Positions 1-10,106 of a stretch of DNA of 64,000 nt are shown here, piece after piece. The stretch comes from an uncultured Poribacteria bacterium. Its GTDB lineage: Bacteria; Poribacteria; WGA-4E; WGA-3G. Location: assembly GCA_958296135.2 (NCBI GenBank), contig CATQHZ020000001.1:1536001-1600000 (forward strand). Direction: 5' to 3'. Positions within the stretch are counted from its first letter, which is position 1. Each line of letters starts with the position of its first letter. The position numbers were made by a program, and so were the translations under genes. The notes below the pieces were generated by a model. The model saw only the letters and a program-made list of their open reading frames with translations, ran no database searches and was not told the DNA's origin.

Positions 1-386
1 GGTAGCACCTCGGTGAAAAAAGCGATGGGCAGCATCGGTTTCCCTTGGATAACCCGTGGCGGCGTTGAGAGTTCAATCGTCCGTTTGCCGGCATCGATGC
101 TGACGGTAGCTGTGCCCATTTCCAATCGGAGGGTTTTCCCCTTTGTTTTCAGGGTGAGCCGTTTTCTGGGCAGATTGTATTGCTGCGTCATCGCCGCATC
201 AAATACCGTTTTCACCGCGTCGACAGGTAAGTAAATCCGTTCGGATTGAAGGACGGTTGGCACGTCAGCGAGCGTCTTTCCCGCCGCGTCAATGAAGCGC
301 ACGGAGGGGGTTTGCGCGACACTGCTGAGTGCCATCAGCGTCCACAGGAGGATTCCTGCGAGAACGCTTGAACTATTCACCGGCAT
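1..386 (-). CDS. Partial secreted protein with copper-amine-oxidase N-terminal (stalk)-like domain, possibly an N-acetylmuramoyl-L-alanine amidase; runs off window start
   Basis: Manual translation from ATG 386: MPVNSSSVLAGILLWTLMALSS (signal-like)...IYLPVDAV...LSTPPRVIQGKPMLPIAFF; no stop before position 1; start overlaps rplY stop. Confidence 0.6.
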   Translation of the reverse strand, partial: MPVNSSSVLAGILLWTLMALSSVAQTPSVRFIDAAGKTLADVPTVLQSERIYLPVDAVKTVFDAAMTQQYNLPRKRLTLKTKGKTLRLEMGTATVSIDAGKRTIELSTPPRVIQGKPMLPIAFFTEVL

Positions 387-1050
387 CGCGCTTCTTGGAA
401 ATAACCTCAGGTTCAGCGGGCGCATCGGTGGTTTCTTCCCCTTCACTTTCGCCTTCCCCTTCTCCCTCTTCGCTCTCTGTCGTCTCAGTTTGGATGCGCG
501 GCTGGCTCACTGTGACAACTATTCGCTGCAGGTCATCCAATATCTCAACTTCCTCGGCGAAGGAGAAGTCGCTTACATGGAAAGTGTCGCCGATTTCCAT
601 CGCGCTGACATCTACGAACACCTCGTTGGGCATCTGTGCTGGAAGGCAGTGAAGGGCTATGTTACGGAGCGGGAGTTCAAGCACGCCGCCCTGCTGCACG
701 CCAGGTGCGGAACCTGTCAAAACAACCGGCACAGCTGAAGTGACTGGTTCATCTAACGAGATTCTGATGAAATCCGCATGCACCAGAACCTGTTTTTCCA
801 CCGAATCGCGTTGAATCTCTTTGATAATTACCGTTTCGGCATCACCCCCGGTGCCTTCCATATTAATGATGACGTTCTCGCCATAGGTACGGAGGAACTG
901 TTTAAAGTCGCGCGCGTTGATTTGAATCGGCACGGTGCCCTGCCCGCGGCCATATAAGACTGCTGGGAAATCGCCTGCCCGACGCATCGCACGCGCGCGC
1001 TGCTTCCCGAAAGTGTTGCGTGGTTGAACCTCTAATTTCGCTTGTTGCAT
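373..1050 (-). CDS. rplY: 50S ribosomal protein L25/general stress protein Ctc
   Basis: RRAGDFPAVLYG, IKEIQRD, HADF, GVQQGG motifs; acidic tail. Confidence 0.95.
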   Translation of the reverse strand: MQQAKLEVQPRNTFGKQRARAMRRAGDFPAVLYGRGQGTVPIQINARDFKQFLRTYGENVIINMEGTGGDAETVIIKEIQRDSVEKQVLVHADFIRISLDEPVTSAVPVVLTGSAPGVQQGGVLELPLRNIALHCLPAQMPNEVFVDVSAMEIGDTFHVSDFSFAEEVEILDDLQRIVVTVSQPRIQTETTESEEGEGEGESEGEETTDAPAEPEVISKKRDAGE

Positions 1051-1085
1051 TTTTATACCAAATTCGTTTGAATCGTCTCGTTTCT

Positions 1086-1122
1086 GTCGGGTTTCCTGCG
1101 AAGCAGGGCGAGCCCGAACTAC
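1086..1122 (-). repeat. REP-like palindrome (family D, GTAGTTCGGGCTCGCCC...GCAGGAAACCCGA)
   Basis: Related copies near 11172-11206, 14840-14860, 30304-30331, 46660-46690. Confidence 0.7.
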
Positions 1123-1162
1123 AGAGGTGAATTGCGTATTATTCCCTCATAAGAAAAGAAAA

Positions 1163-1234
1163 CAGGGCGGGTAGGATTCGAACCTACGCATGCAGGTTCC
1201 AAAGACCTGTGCCTTACCGCTTGGCCACCGCCCT
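1163..1234 (-). tRNA. tRNA-Gln(TTG), CCA not encoded
   Basis: Reverse complement AGGGCGGTGGCCAAGCGGTAAGGCACAGGTCTTTGGAACCTGCATGCGTAGGTTCGAATCCTACCCGCCCTG: cloverleaf, anticodon loop CTTTGGA, GTTCGAATC T-loop. Confidence 0.97.
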
Positions 1235-1241
1235 TTAAGAA

Positions 1242-2126
1242 TCAATCAATAGACACTCCAACGGAACTTGTCGCTGTCGTTGTGCAGAAAGGGAGGTTGT
1301 TTTTAAAGAGCGATGCACTCCGCTGCGCCGCCGCAATGTCCTTCATCAGTCCGAACACCGTGGCCCCACTCCCCGACATCAACGCGCCGTGACACGCAGT
1401 CTGCGTAGCTAACTCGGTTTTGAGCGCGGCAATTTCGGGATACATGGAAAACGCTGGTGCCTCGAGAAGATTGTATAAATTCTTCCCGAGCCCGACAATA
1501 TCACCCTTTTTCACAACTGTCTCTATAATTATACTACATTTTTCCGCGTTTGTCAAGAAAAAATTCAAATTTTTGAAAATATTTGCAGTAGAAACTGCAA
1601 TGCCGGGGTTTAAAAGCAGGAGGGGGATGTCCGGGAGCGCGGGAAGCGGCGTTAGCACATCCCCGATGCCGCGCCCGAACGCCGCGCCGCCGTGCAAACA
1701 GAACGGCACATCTGCCCCTAACCGTGTCCCCATCCGCATTAATTCGTTTTGTGTGAAACCGAGGGCGAAAAGTTGATTGATTCCGTGGAGGACCGCGGCT
1801 GCATTCGCGCTCCCGCCAGCAAGCCCTGCCGCGACGGGGATACGTTTGTGGATGTCAATCACAACGCCGCCTATCCCGCCGATGGCATCGCTGAGGCACT
1901 GCGCCGCGCGATAGGCGAGATTGCGAGTATCATGCGGAACACCTGGGTGTTCGCAGCGGACTACTATCTCATTCGCATTGTGTTCTCTGATGATAACGTC
2001 GTCATGCAGTGCAACCGAATGGAAAATCGTCTCTAGTTCGTGGTAGCCATCGTCGCGCTTGCCAAGTACGTTGAGATAGAGGTTAATTTTGGCGTGGGCG
2101 TGAACCCGCAAGGTGCGTTTTTTCAT
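1242..2126 (-). CDS. ispE: 4-diphosphocytidyl-2C-methyl-D-erythritol kinase
   Basis: AKINLYL, DGYHELET, KRIPVAAGLAGGSANAA, GADVPFC, MSGSGATVF motifs. Confidence 0.96.
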   Translation of the reverse strand: MKKRTLRVHAHAKINLYLNVLGKRDDGYHELETIFHSVALHDDVIIREHNANEIVVRCEHPGVPHDTRNLAYRAAQCLSDAIGGIGGVVIDIHKRIPVAAGLAGGSANAAAVLHGINQLFALGFTQNELMRMGTRLGADVPFCLHGGAAFGRGIGDVLTPLPALPDIPLLLLNPGIAVSTANIFKNLNFFLTNAEKCSIIIETVVKKGDIVGLGKNLYNLLEAPAFSMYPEIAALKTELATQTACHGALMSGSGATVFGLMKDIAAAQRSASLFKNNLPFCTTTATSSVGVSID

Positions 2127-2142
2127 CAGAGAATTTTCCACG

Positions 2143-2988
2143 CTAGGGCGTAGTTAAAGGAATTATCTCAATATCCTCCGTCAAAAACGGTTCAAGGTTA
2201 AACTTGCTATTTGGAATCTCAACGTTCATTTCAACTTTGGCGATTTTCACCGTGACGCGAGTTTGTTCGAGGGGCCGTTCAATTTCAACGTTATGAGGCC
2301 GGAGGATTCCGTCTACCTCTCGGTAGTCAGCGAATGCGGCGCGTTGCTGGAGCGCGCCGTTTTTGTCATGGACGCGCCATTCTGTCACGCGCGGCTCCTC
2401 GTCTCGCACGAAGCCGGTGATAGTATCCACGTCTCCTTCTTGAACCCCCGGGCGCGTGATGACGAACTTTGCGCCGGAACTTTCAAGCGTGAGCGTATCG
2501 GTGCGTTTGTCAAGGAACGGGTTGGCGAAGATGGCACTCAGTACATCGGAGACGCGCAGATCTACGCCGAAAATTTCGCGCAAAGCACCGTCGGATAACT
2601 CGCCGACATAAGCCTTCTGTTCGTTGATGAGCGCGAGGAGGAATTGGTTCGCGTCTTGGTTTGCAATGGCGACACCTCGGGTCTCATTGAACGCGCCCAA
2701 TGCTTGGATATGGAGGAGTTCTCCGCCTGCAGCCGATTTCTTATACCATAACAATTCGCGGAGTTCCTCGCTGCGTTCGCCCTCTTCAATCGTCACCATC
2801 ATCTTGGTAATTTTGAGGGAGCCGGTCAGCGCGTATCGCGCCTGAAGCGTGTTCAGGATAAAGTCTAACTGTTCCGCGTCTGCCGGCGGCATCTGCACGT
2901 TGGAAGTTGTCCCGGCACATCCCGCGCTCACGGCGAGGAGGCAAAACAGCGCGAGAACGTGGTGCAGTCGGAAAGAAAATCGGTTCAT
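2143..2988 (-). CDS. Lipoprotein, LolB/LolA-like outer-membrane lipoprotein-sorting fold
   Basis: Lipobox SAGC; C-terminal FADYREVDG..RPHNVEI..KVEMNVEIPNSKF; occupies the lolB position upstream of ispE. Confidence 0.55.
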   Translation of the reverse strand: MNRFSFRLHHVLALFCLLAVSAGCAGTTSNVQMPPADAEQLDFILNTLQARYALTGSLKITKMMVTIEEGERSEELRELLWYKKSAAGGELLHIQALGAFNETRGVAIANQDANQFLLALINEQKAYVGELSDGALREIFGVDLRVSDVLSAIFANPFLDKRTDTLTLESSGAKFVITRPGVQEGDVDTITGFVRDEEPRVTEWRVHDKNGALQQRAAFADYREVDGILRPHNVEIERPLEQTRVTVKIAKVEMNVEIPNSKFNLEPFLTEDIEIIPLTTP

Positions 2989-2991
2989 AAA

Positions 2992-5900
2992 TTAACTCTT
3001 CGCCTTTTTCAGGCGGGTTTCAACGAGGTTCCTAACCGCCTCGTAAACGCCATCGCGTTCGCCTTGCGTCAATTCTAAGATGTCAAAGATGACGTTGTCG
3101 ATTGCGATGCGCGCTGGTGAAGGCCGTAAAACGTCCCATTCTTCGGATGCGAGGAGGGATGCGTCTACCCCCCCCCACCTTCACATACATGAAGTTAGGA
3201 TTAACACATAGTAGATTCTTTAATTCGTAATTCGTGATCTCCAACACGCCGCCGCCTAGATTCGCTCTCCCTCCCAGATTCGCCATTAACTGAAAGAGCG
3301 TGGAATTGAGCGAGAAACAGAGGGGAATTCTCAAGCTGTCCGGCACAGAGATTTCTATGAAGCCGTTTAACACATAGCATCCGTCGCGAGCGTACAGCGT
3401 TCTTGATGTTGATGAACTGCGCCTCTGGAAGCTGAGATGTGAGAGCGAAGGGTGACGCAAATCGTACCAAATCCGTCTGGCTTGGATAGCCGTTCTTCGG
3501 TTAAAACGTTCTGACTCACCCCATTCAATGTATGCCAAGGCAGAAGTGCCTATCAATTGCTCTTTCGTTTTTGCGCATAGAAAGAGTTGATTCCGAAGTT
3601 CGTCCAGAGCTACCTCAATGCTTTTCACGTTTCTCGGACTGGCGATAATTGGGCGTAAAAACTCTGCCTCAATACCCCAGTGTGAAATTGTTTCCGGAGC
3701 CAGTATGAAAAAATCGTTTGCCCCGGTCGTAATTCCCATCCGAAGTTTGTCAACGACATCCTCCACGCGGACAAATTTATCTTGTGCTTTTTCCAAAAGA
3801 TGCCAATAGATGTCGGGTGAACGGAGATATTTTCCACCCCACCTGTCGCCTTTGTATCTCGCCTGTTTGTCCATTCCACTGGCTAGAAGTGCCTTCTGTG
3901 AAATGGGATGAACTCGGTGCTCCGGTGTACGAGTGCGCTCTGTTGCCGTTTCGATTTCGTAGAAGATGACAGCATCTAAGACTGCCTCAAACGGTTCGGT
4001 GAAGGTGCCGAATCGCGCGGTATGTTGTAAACCTGAGTCTTGGCTGTTATCTGTAACTGCGACCAGACAAATAACGGTGTTGACATCTGCCGAGGCGAAG
4101 GAACGACGCACCGAATTGTCTAAAACCATTTTGAGGTGGCACTGTCTGAGGCAGAACTCCTGCAAATCTGTGCCGTAGAGTGTATCTAACCACGCATTAG
4201 AGGTAATGGGGCAGAAGGGGCCCTTCGGATTTAGCAACGAGAGCCCATGAAAATAGAAGTAAACGTAGAGGTCGCTGTTGCCATCTAATTTGTGTGTGAC
4301 AGCAGCGGCCGGGTTTTCCTTCGTATCCTTCTCCGGTTGATACCCGAAGAATTCGGGGAACGCCTGATAGACAGAACGCGCCAACTTCGCTTTATACGCC
4401 TTCGTGTTAGCGGGTGTTACCTCGTATCGGGATAACGTCGGATCGGCGATCTTTTTCGTGGAAACATAAGGCGGGTTCTCAATTATGATGTCAAACCCAC
4501 CGTATTGATTGAAAATTTCCACGAAGGCGATATCCCACACAAACGGCGGCGCAGTGTTCGTTTTCAACGCACCGAGGGCCTGCTGGACCTGGGCGAGGTT
4601 CGCCTCGTGCCGTGCTAATTCCGCCTGCTTCTGCTGCGTCAGCGCGTCAAGCTGCGTTTCTTCCGGTCCGCCTATTTCTGAAATCATCAGTTGTTCGGCA
4701 GAGAGAGCCTTCAGCAAGTCCCGCGTTGTTTCGATTTGCCGCGGCAGTTGGGTTTCGTAAGCTGCCAAGATGTCTCGGAAGAGCGCGTTCTCGGCGCGTT
4801 GGACATCCGCTTTCTCCGCATATTTCCGCTCGCGCTCGTTGTGGTAAAACTTGAGTTTCTCGGCTTGCAGATTTGAGATGTTGCGCGAGATGGCACTCGG
4901 CACGCCACTGCCCAACGCGCGCGTCTGCGCGAGGTTCATCCCGCCGATGTCCTGCACCAGACTATCCCCGTGCCGAAGGTTAAACGAAAAATCAGGGAGC
5001 AGCGGTGCCTCGCGAATCTGCAGTTCTGCCTCGCGAATCTCCGCCTCAATGATGAGCGCGAGCCATAGCCGCAGCTCGGCGACTTTGCAGGCCCACGGCA
5101 TCACGTCCACGCCGTAGAGATTCTTCCCGATGATGGCCTTGCGGCGTTCAAAACGGGAGGGGACAGATGCGCCGAGGTGCCGCGCGGCGCGTTCACCCAG
5201 GTCATCGAGAATGTGGAGCATGCCGACGAGGAACGAACCGCTTCCACACGCCGGATCCAACACGGTGATGCGGGTGAGATGCGCGGCGATGGCTGCCCAC
5301 TGCTCGGCGAGTTGTGCATCGGCGGCTGCCTTCTCTGTCTCGTCAAACGTGAAGAGTGCCGCGTAAAGTTTATGCTTGTGTGCTTCACCGATGTGATTTG
5401 TGAGGTTATCCACGAGCGCGAGGCGGCACATCAAGTCGATTTCAATGCGCGGCGTGTAGAAGATGCCGGCATCGCCGCGTTCATCGGTTTCGGTAGAGAC
5501 ACTGACGAGACTCTCGTAGACTTTGCCGATCATCTCGGGGTCTACGGCGACTTCCTGTTCCAAGGGTGTATCCTCGGCGATGGTAAAATTATATCCCTCA
5601 AAGAAGGTGAATATCTCTAGCCAGAGGGTATCAGGAATGGTTGTCGCATACTCGGTATCCCATTCGTTTTCTCGGAACAACCCGCCGTTGAGATAGGGAG
5701 CGTGTTGCAGTGTGTCACGGATGTCGTGTGGGAAATAGCGATACCCGCCATGAAATCGCTTGTTAAACGCGGCAAAGAAGAGGACGTTGAGCCACTTGTC
5801 GACAAATTCTCCCGGTGTCGTGCCCGTCGGGTTTCGCTGTTCTTCGGTAGGAGAGCCCTCCCGGTGTCGATGGCGTTGATACGCTTCCCAGAACGTCCGG

Positions 5901-6637
5901 AGGAAGTCCGGATTGTCTCCCAACCACCGCTTTCGCTGGAGGAAGTAGAGGAAGAGACAGCGGCTGAGGAATTGTTGCGCGGCATCGTGCGCCCACTTTT
6001 TATCAGCGGTTTGCGTTTCCAATTCGGTGTGGAGGCGTTTGAAGACGCGCTGGTAGTCGGCGAAAAACTGCGCTGTCACTGCATCGACATCAAAGGCGGC
6101 CTCGTGTTGGTTGGAAATGTCCAGCGGTGTCAGGTGGTCGAGGTTTTCAAAGAGCCCATCGGTGCCGAGTGTTTCCAGATTGAGCATTGCGATGCGTTCG
6201 GCGGCGGTGCGGAGTCGTGCGTCGGGTGCGATAGTGATGCGCCGGTAGCGGTGGCGGGCCTTGCGTTTTTCGCGTGCCTCTCGAACGAGTGTGACGTTGA
6301 CGAAGTGCCAGTGGTCTTGCGCAGCATTGCTGAAAATGTAGAGCGCGTGCGAGAATCGCGTCTGCAGGTGCGCGATGAGTTGGCGTTCATCGGTTTTCCG
6401 AAGTTTTTCGGTGTTGAGGTGCGCGTAGAGGATGTGGAAATCGTTGTTGCTGCCGGCGGCGGCAAATCGGCGCGGTGGTTCAGCGAGGCAGTCGGCGAGA
6501 GAATCGGGCAGTTCGGCGATAGGCTCATCGATGCGGGTATAGTTGAGTTCTCGCCAGAAGAGTTCGCGCAGGGGTTCGAGGCCGCGGAGATTCTGTAATA
6601 GGTTTAAGATGCGTTCGATGTTTTCGGGTGTCGGCAT
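2992..6637 (-). CDS. Type IIG (Eco57I-like) restriction-modification enzyme, frameshifted near the 3' end at a G9 tract
   Basis: YLNGGLF, EMIGKVYESL, FYTP, DPACGSGSF and NPPY motifs; G8 at 3168-3176 would continue VDASLLASEEWDVL...YEAVRNLVETRLKKAKS to TAA at 2992. Confidence 0.85.
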
Positions 6638-6750
6638 TTTTGTTTTTCTCGAAGCGTTTGGTTAGGGCTTCTGGGTTTCAGTGGGTGTGACTGACCAGGC
6701 CGTCTTGACGCTTCTTTAAGGTTTTTCACATTATACAGAATAAGCGGATT

Positions 6751-7320
6751 TTAAGTCAACGCAAAAACAGAATAACCCGCCACCGAAAAAAGATTCACTC
6801 CCACCAAAACCCACAGGCTTGCCCGCGTTTGCAACCGCCGAAACAGATAGAATGAAACTGCGAGTGTCGCCAAGACTTCAATGCGGGCGACGATGTGCCC
6901 GTAATGCGCCGCGTCCCAGTAGGAGATAGGGCTTTGGAAGGCGAAGTCGGAGAGTGGGAAAAAGTGATGGTGCGCGTCGTCGTTGTGCAGAAAAAAGTCA
7001 AAACTGCAGTGGATGAGCATGCTCCAAGCCAACACCGTTATTTTCTCTGAATTGAGATGATAATAGGCTACCCCCAACAAGATGAAGATCAGCGGGATAG
7101 AATTGGAAAAATCAAAGAAGTTCTGCCATTCTTGGATGAAATACCGCGTGTTCCAGAGTTCGTGCTGCGGTGTTCGGCGGATAAACGCCTCAACGGCAAA
7201 GAAGATGAACATCGGCAGGTCTGGGAGCACCGCGCCTATCAAGGCGTAGCGGTGGCGATACGGCTTTCCTTGCCGAGAGAGTAGCGCAATATTGAAGATG
7301 GCATGGGCTTGCGTCGTCAT
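6751..7320 (-). CDS. Membrane-bound metal-dependent hydrolase (YdjM-like)
   Basis: N-terminal His, GAVLPDLP, HCSFDFFLH...HHHFFP, hydrophobic helices. Confidence 0.7.
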   Translation of the reverse strand: MTTQAHAIFNIALLSRQGKPYRHRYALIGAVLPDLPMFIFFAVEAFIRRTPQHELWNTRYFIQEWQNFFDFSNSIPLIFILLGVAYYHLNSEKITVLAWSMLIHCSFDFFLHNDDAHHHFFPLSDFAFQSPISYWDAAHYGHIVARIEVLATLAVSFYLFRRLQTRASLWVLVGVNLFSVAGYSVFALT

Positions 7321-7400
7321 TTCAATCTAATGAAGCTTCAGTAAGGGAACCGGGACTTTTTGCAGCGGGTTATGGGCGGATAGAGAGATCAGCCCTTACA

Positions 7401-8723
7401 TCAACTCACTCGCCACACCTCGCTGGCAAATGGCGGAAACAGGCAATCAAGCAACACAGCTGCTGTGTCATTTGCCCAGCAATCGACGAAATTGGCGATT
7501 AATTCATTTGTGCGGCACCGGCCACAGAGCAGTTGCAAAAAGGTAAGTTCTGGAAAAGCGGCATCGCCATCTTCTACTGAGTCCGCGCGCCAATCGGAAA
7601 TATCCGTTATCCGGCCGCTATTGAATTTCAGGTGCAAGCCGCTCCGATAGAGATTGAGTTTCAGTTCGCCGGTGTAGCCTTCCGCCACCGTGCCGATGAG
7701 GTGTTTCTCTAGTGCAGGCTGGATGTGCCGCAGGAACGCGATTAAATCCGGCACTCGTATAAACCACGCATACGGCTCTCCCTTTCGGGTGACATCTTTC
7801 GGTAACGCCGGATAGGCGGGATGCTCGCGCCCCAGCATGAATTGGATACCCGTCGCTTTTTCGCGCTCAGTCTGATTCGCGGGAGGTGTTCGTTTCGCCT
7901 GTTTCCACAGTTCACGTAGCAGCGATGGCATCAGATGTAGATAGCCTATCCCCGGTTTGCGCTCGAGTTGCGTGACGATGAAGTTATCGAAATGCCACGG
8001 TAAATATTGCACATACCCAAGCCGGGTGTCTTCCATATCTTCAATAATCATCCACTCCACCCGGTCTCCACTGCCTTCGGAGCGGCCGTTGAATTCATAC
8101 TCCCACATTGCCGGCGAACGCGGGCACGCGAAGAGGTTCTTCTCAATTGCGTTTTCGTAAACTTCCTGAATGAAGGCGTTGTCCGCAGCCATCCGCGGGC
8201 GGAGGCGACACGTTTCGGTTTGCCCTTTTTTTAACTGGGGGATGTGGAGCGCGTCAATAACCCGCTCCGCTTCCATATCCAGTGCCATTTCATAACCGAA
8301 CAGGCGATAATACCACGGGATGCCGGTGATACCGAGCATCAGTTCGCCGCGTGTCTCACTGAGCGCGTGAATGACGTCAAACTGCTTTCTCACTAACCCG
8401 CGCCGCCGATATGCCTCCTCGGTGGCGACAAGCTCGGGCCGTCCCAGTTGAAACGGAATCCCGCTGTATGTCCATGTCTGCGAGATAAGGCACATTGATG
8501 AGACGCTCTTCCCGGTCTGCGTATCTTCAACGACGGTGAAATCGCTCGCCTTGCAGGTAGGATGCCCCCCGGACATCAGGTCGCGAGTAGACACCCCATT
8601 ATCTTCTCCTTCGTGGAGACGCGTGTTGAAATCGGCAAGTGCGTCAACGTCCTCCAGCGTGGCAAATCGGAGGAGCAGATTATCGCCCAAATCGATGGGC
8701 ATTTGCGATAAAATGGTGTTCAT
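7401..8723 (-). CDS. GNAT acetyltransferase, Eis-like
   Basis: VATEEAYRRRGL acetyl-CoA motif, YYRLFGYE, C-terminal SCP2-like segment. Confidence 0.8.
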   Translation of the reverse strand: MNTILSQMPIDLGDNLLLRFATLEDVDALADFNTRLHEGEDNGVSTRDLMSGGHPTCKASDFTVVEDTQTGKSVSSMCLISQTWTYSGIPFQLGRPELVATEEAYRRRGLVRKQFDVIHALSETRGELMLGITGIPWYYRLFGYEMALDMEAERVIDALHIPQLKKGQTETCRLRPRMAADNAFIQEVYENAIEKNLFACPRSPAMWEYEFNGRSEGSGDRVEWMIIEDMEDTRLGYVQYLPWHFDNFIVTQLERKPGIGYLHLMPSLLRELWKQAKRTPPANQTEREKATGIQFMLGREHPAYPALPKDVTRKGEPYAWFIRVPDLIAFLRHIQPALEKHLIGTVAEGYTGELKLNLYRSGLHLKFNSGRITDISDWRADSVEDGDAAFPELTFLQLLCGRCRTNELIANFVDCWANDTAAVLLDCLFPPFASEVWRVS

Positions 8724-9890
8724 TTAGCCTTCCTCAATCGCCTCAACATTGGCGCGAGGCAACGTCACCGTTTGTCCCTCTTCCAATTCAACCTGCAACA
8801 CCCGCACATCTGCCTCTGTCTCCAATTGTTGGAGTGCCACGGGCAGCGCGGTGACACGTCCCAATTTGCCAAAATAGGGCTCACGAATGACGCGGACGGG
8901 GCTTCCAATTGCTAAAATACCCTCGGTGCTTTCTGCCTCTTCACGCTGATAGACAGGCCCTTGCGCTCCAGCGTCCGCCTGCGCTGCTAACGGAATAAGG
9001 ATTTCGGGCCTCACCACCCCCGCACGGATTTGTGTGGCACCGTTGATGGAGGTCTGCATTCCCTCGCGCGATTTGAGGAGTGAGAACGTCTGTTCCGCCA
9101 TCGCGATACTCCCGAATCCTTCGGTAATTACAAGCGTGATGCCGATTTCTTCAGAACCGGTAATTGCTACGCCGAGTTCGTAGCCGAGGAGTTCGCGCAG
9201 GTCTGCGTCATCGATGCCCCCCGCGATGATGCCTTTCACACCGCGGCGGATTGCCTGCTGAATTGCATCGGTTGTCACCAGCGAACCGCCAACCAGAATG
9301 TTATCCCGATGCGTTTCCTGTATGTGGGCTTCTGTCAAGGTATCGCCGGCGGCATCTGCTACAACGACAAGCGCGCCTACCGTTTCGCCGCCAACGCCGA
9401 AGATGCCCTGGATGTAAGTGCCGTAGGTTTCCACGGTAACACCTTCCTGCGGCACCGTTTCCGTTATTGCGCCATCCGCGTAAGCCTTCACTTCAACCGG
9501 AATCGGCGGCTCGCGGAGGATAACCTGCCCGGTCACATCGGATACGGATTCGATCTTGCCATCAATCGGTGAACGTGCCTGCGATTTGAAAAGCCCAAAA
9601 ATCCCTTTCGTCATGGCGATGACTTCGTCCTTCGCGACCGGCGCGCCTACCGGTTTTATCATGTATTCCGAAACTTCACCAGCGGGGACACTGAGCAGAT
9701 TTGCAACATTGAGTAGTTGAACGTTGCCCGGCAAATCCGCCTTCGCGACGACATCTTCCGCTTTGACGGTATCTCCCACTTGCACAAGAACCTCGCCTTG
9801 AAGGGGAAGTCGGCGTTCTTTCTGAGTTGTCATCCCCGCTGTTACTTTAAGTCCGGGGGTATATGCGTGTGCCAGTTGTTTTTCCTCCAC
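8724..9890 (-). CDS. Conserved hypothetical protein with barrel-sandwich hybrid segments and C-terminal KOW-like motif
   Basis: VQVGDTVKAEDVVA, ARSPIDGKI, GSPVRVIREPYFGKLGRV; 388-aa ORF co-oriented with neighbours. Confidence 0.7.
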   Translation of the reverse strand: MEEKQLAHAYTPGLKVTAGMTTQKERRLPLQGEVLVQVGDTVKAEDVVAKADLPGNVQLLNVANLLSVPAGEVSEYMIKPVGAPVAKDEVIAMTKGIFGLFKSQARSPIDGKIESVSDVTGQVILREPPIPVEVKAYADGAITETVPQEGVTVETYGTYIQGIFGVGGETVGALVVVADAAGDTLTEAHIQETHRDNILVGGSLVTTDAIQQAIRRGVKGIIAGGIDDADLRELLGYELGVAITGSEEIGITLVITEGFGSIAMAEQTFSLLKSREGMQTSINGATQIRAGVVRPEILIPLAAQADAGAQGPVYQREEAESTEGILAIGSPVRVIREPYFGKLGRVTALPVALQQLETEADVRVLQVELEEGQTVTLPRANVEAIEEG

Positions 9891-10106
9891 GTGTATCCGG
9901 TAGGCGCGGTTTATAACCGCGCTCCTAGCAACAGACGCGCTTCCATAAAGAGTAAAAAAATAAATCAGGTTGTTTCGCGCTGGATACGGGCGGATATGAA
10001 CGACATCCGCCCTTACACTCCCCGGGCGCGCACATTTTGAAAAAATAACCCGCTCATTTTCTGAAACTTCATCAAAGCGCGTCTACCGCGCCTTGGAAAT
10101 GTCTGT

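Noticed and set aside
5702-6598. 298-aa plus-strand ORF and similar long antisense ORFs (e.g. 20933-21790, 25009-25755)
   Set aside because: Shadow frames opposite well-supported genes in GC-rich DNA
1163-6637. tRNA-anchored integrative island carrying the R-M gene
   Set aside because: No integrase and no duplicated tRNA 3' end seen; housekeeping genes flank the tRNA
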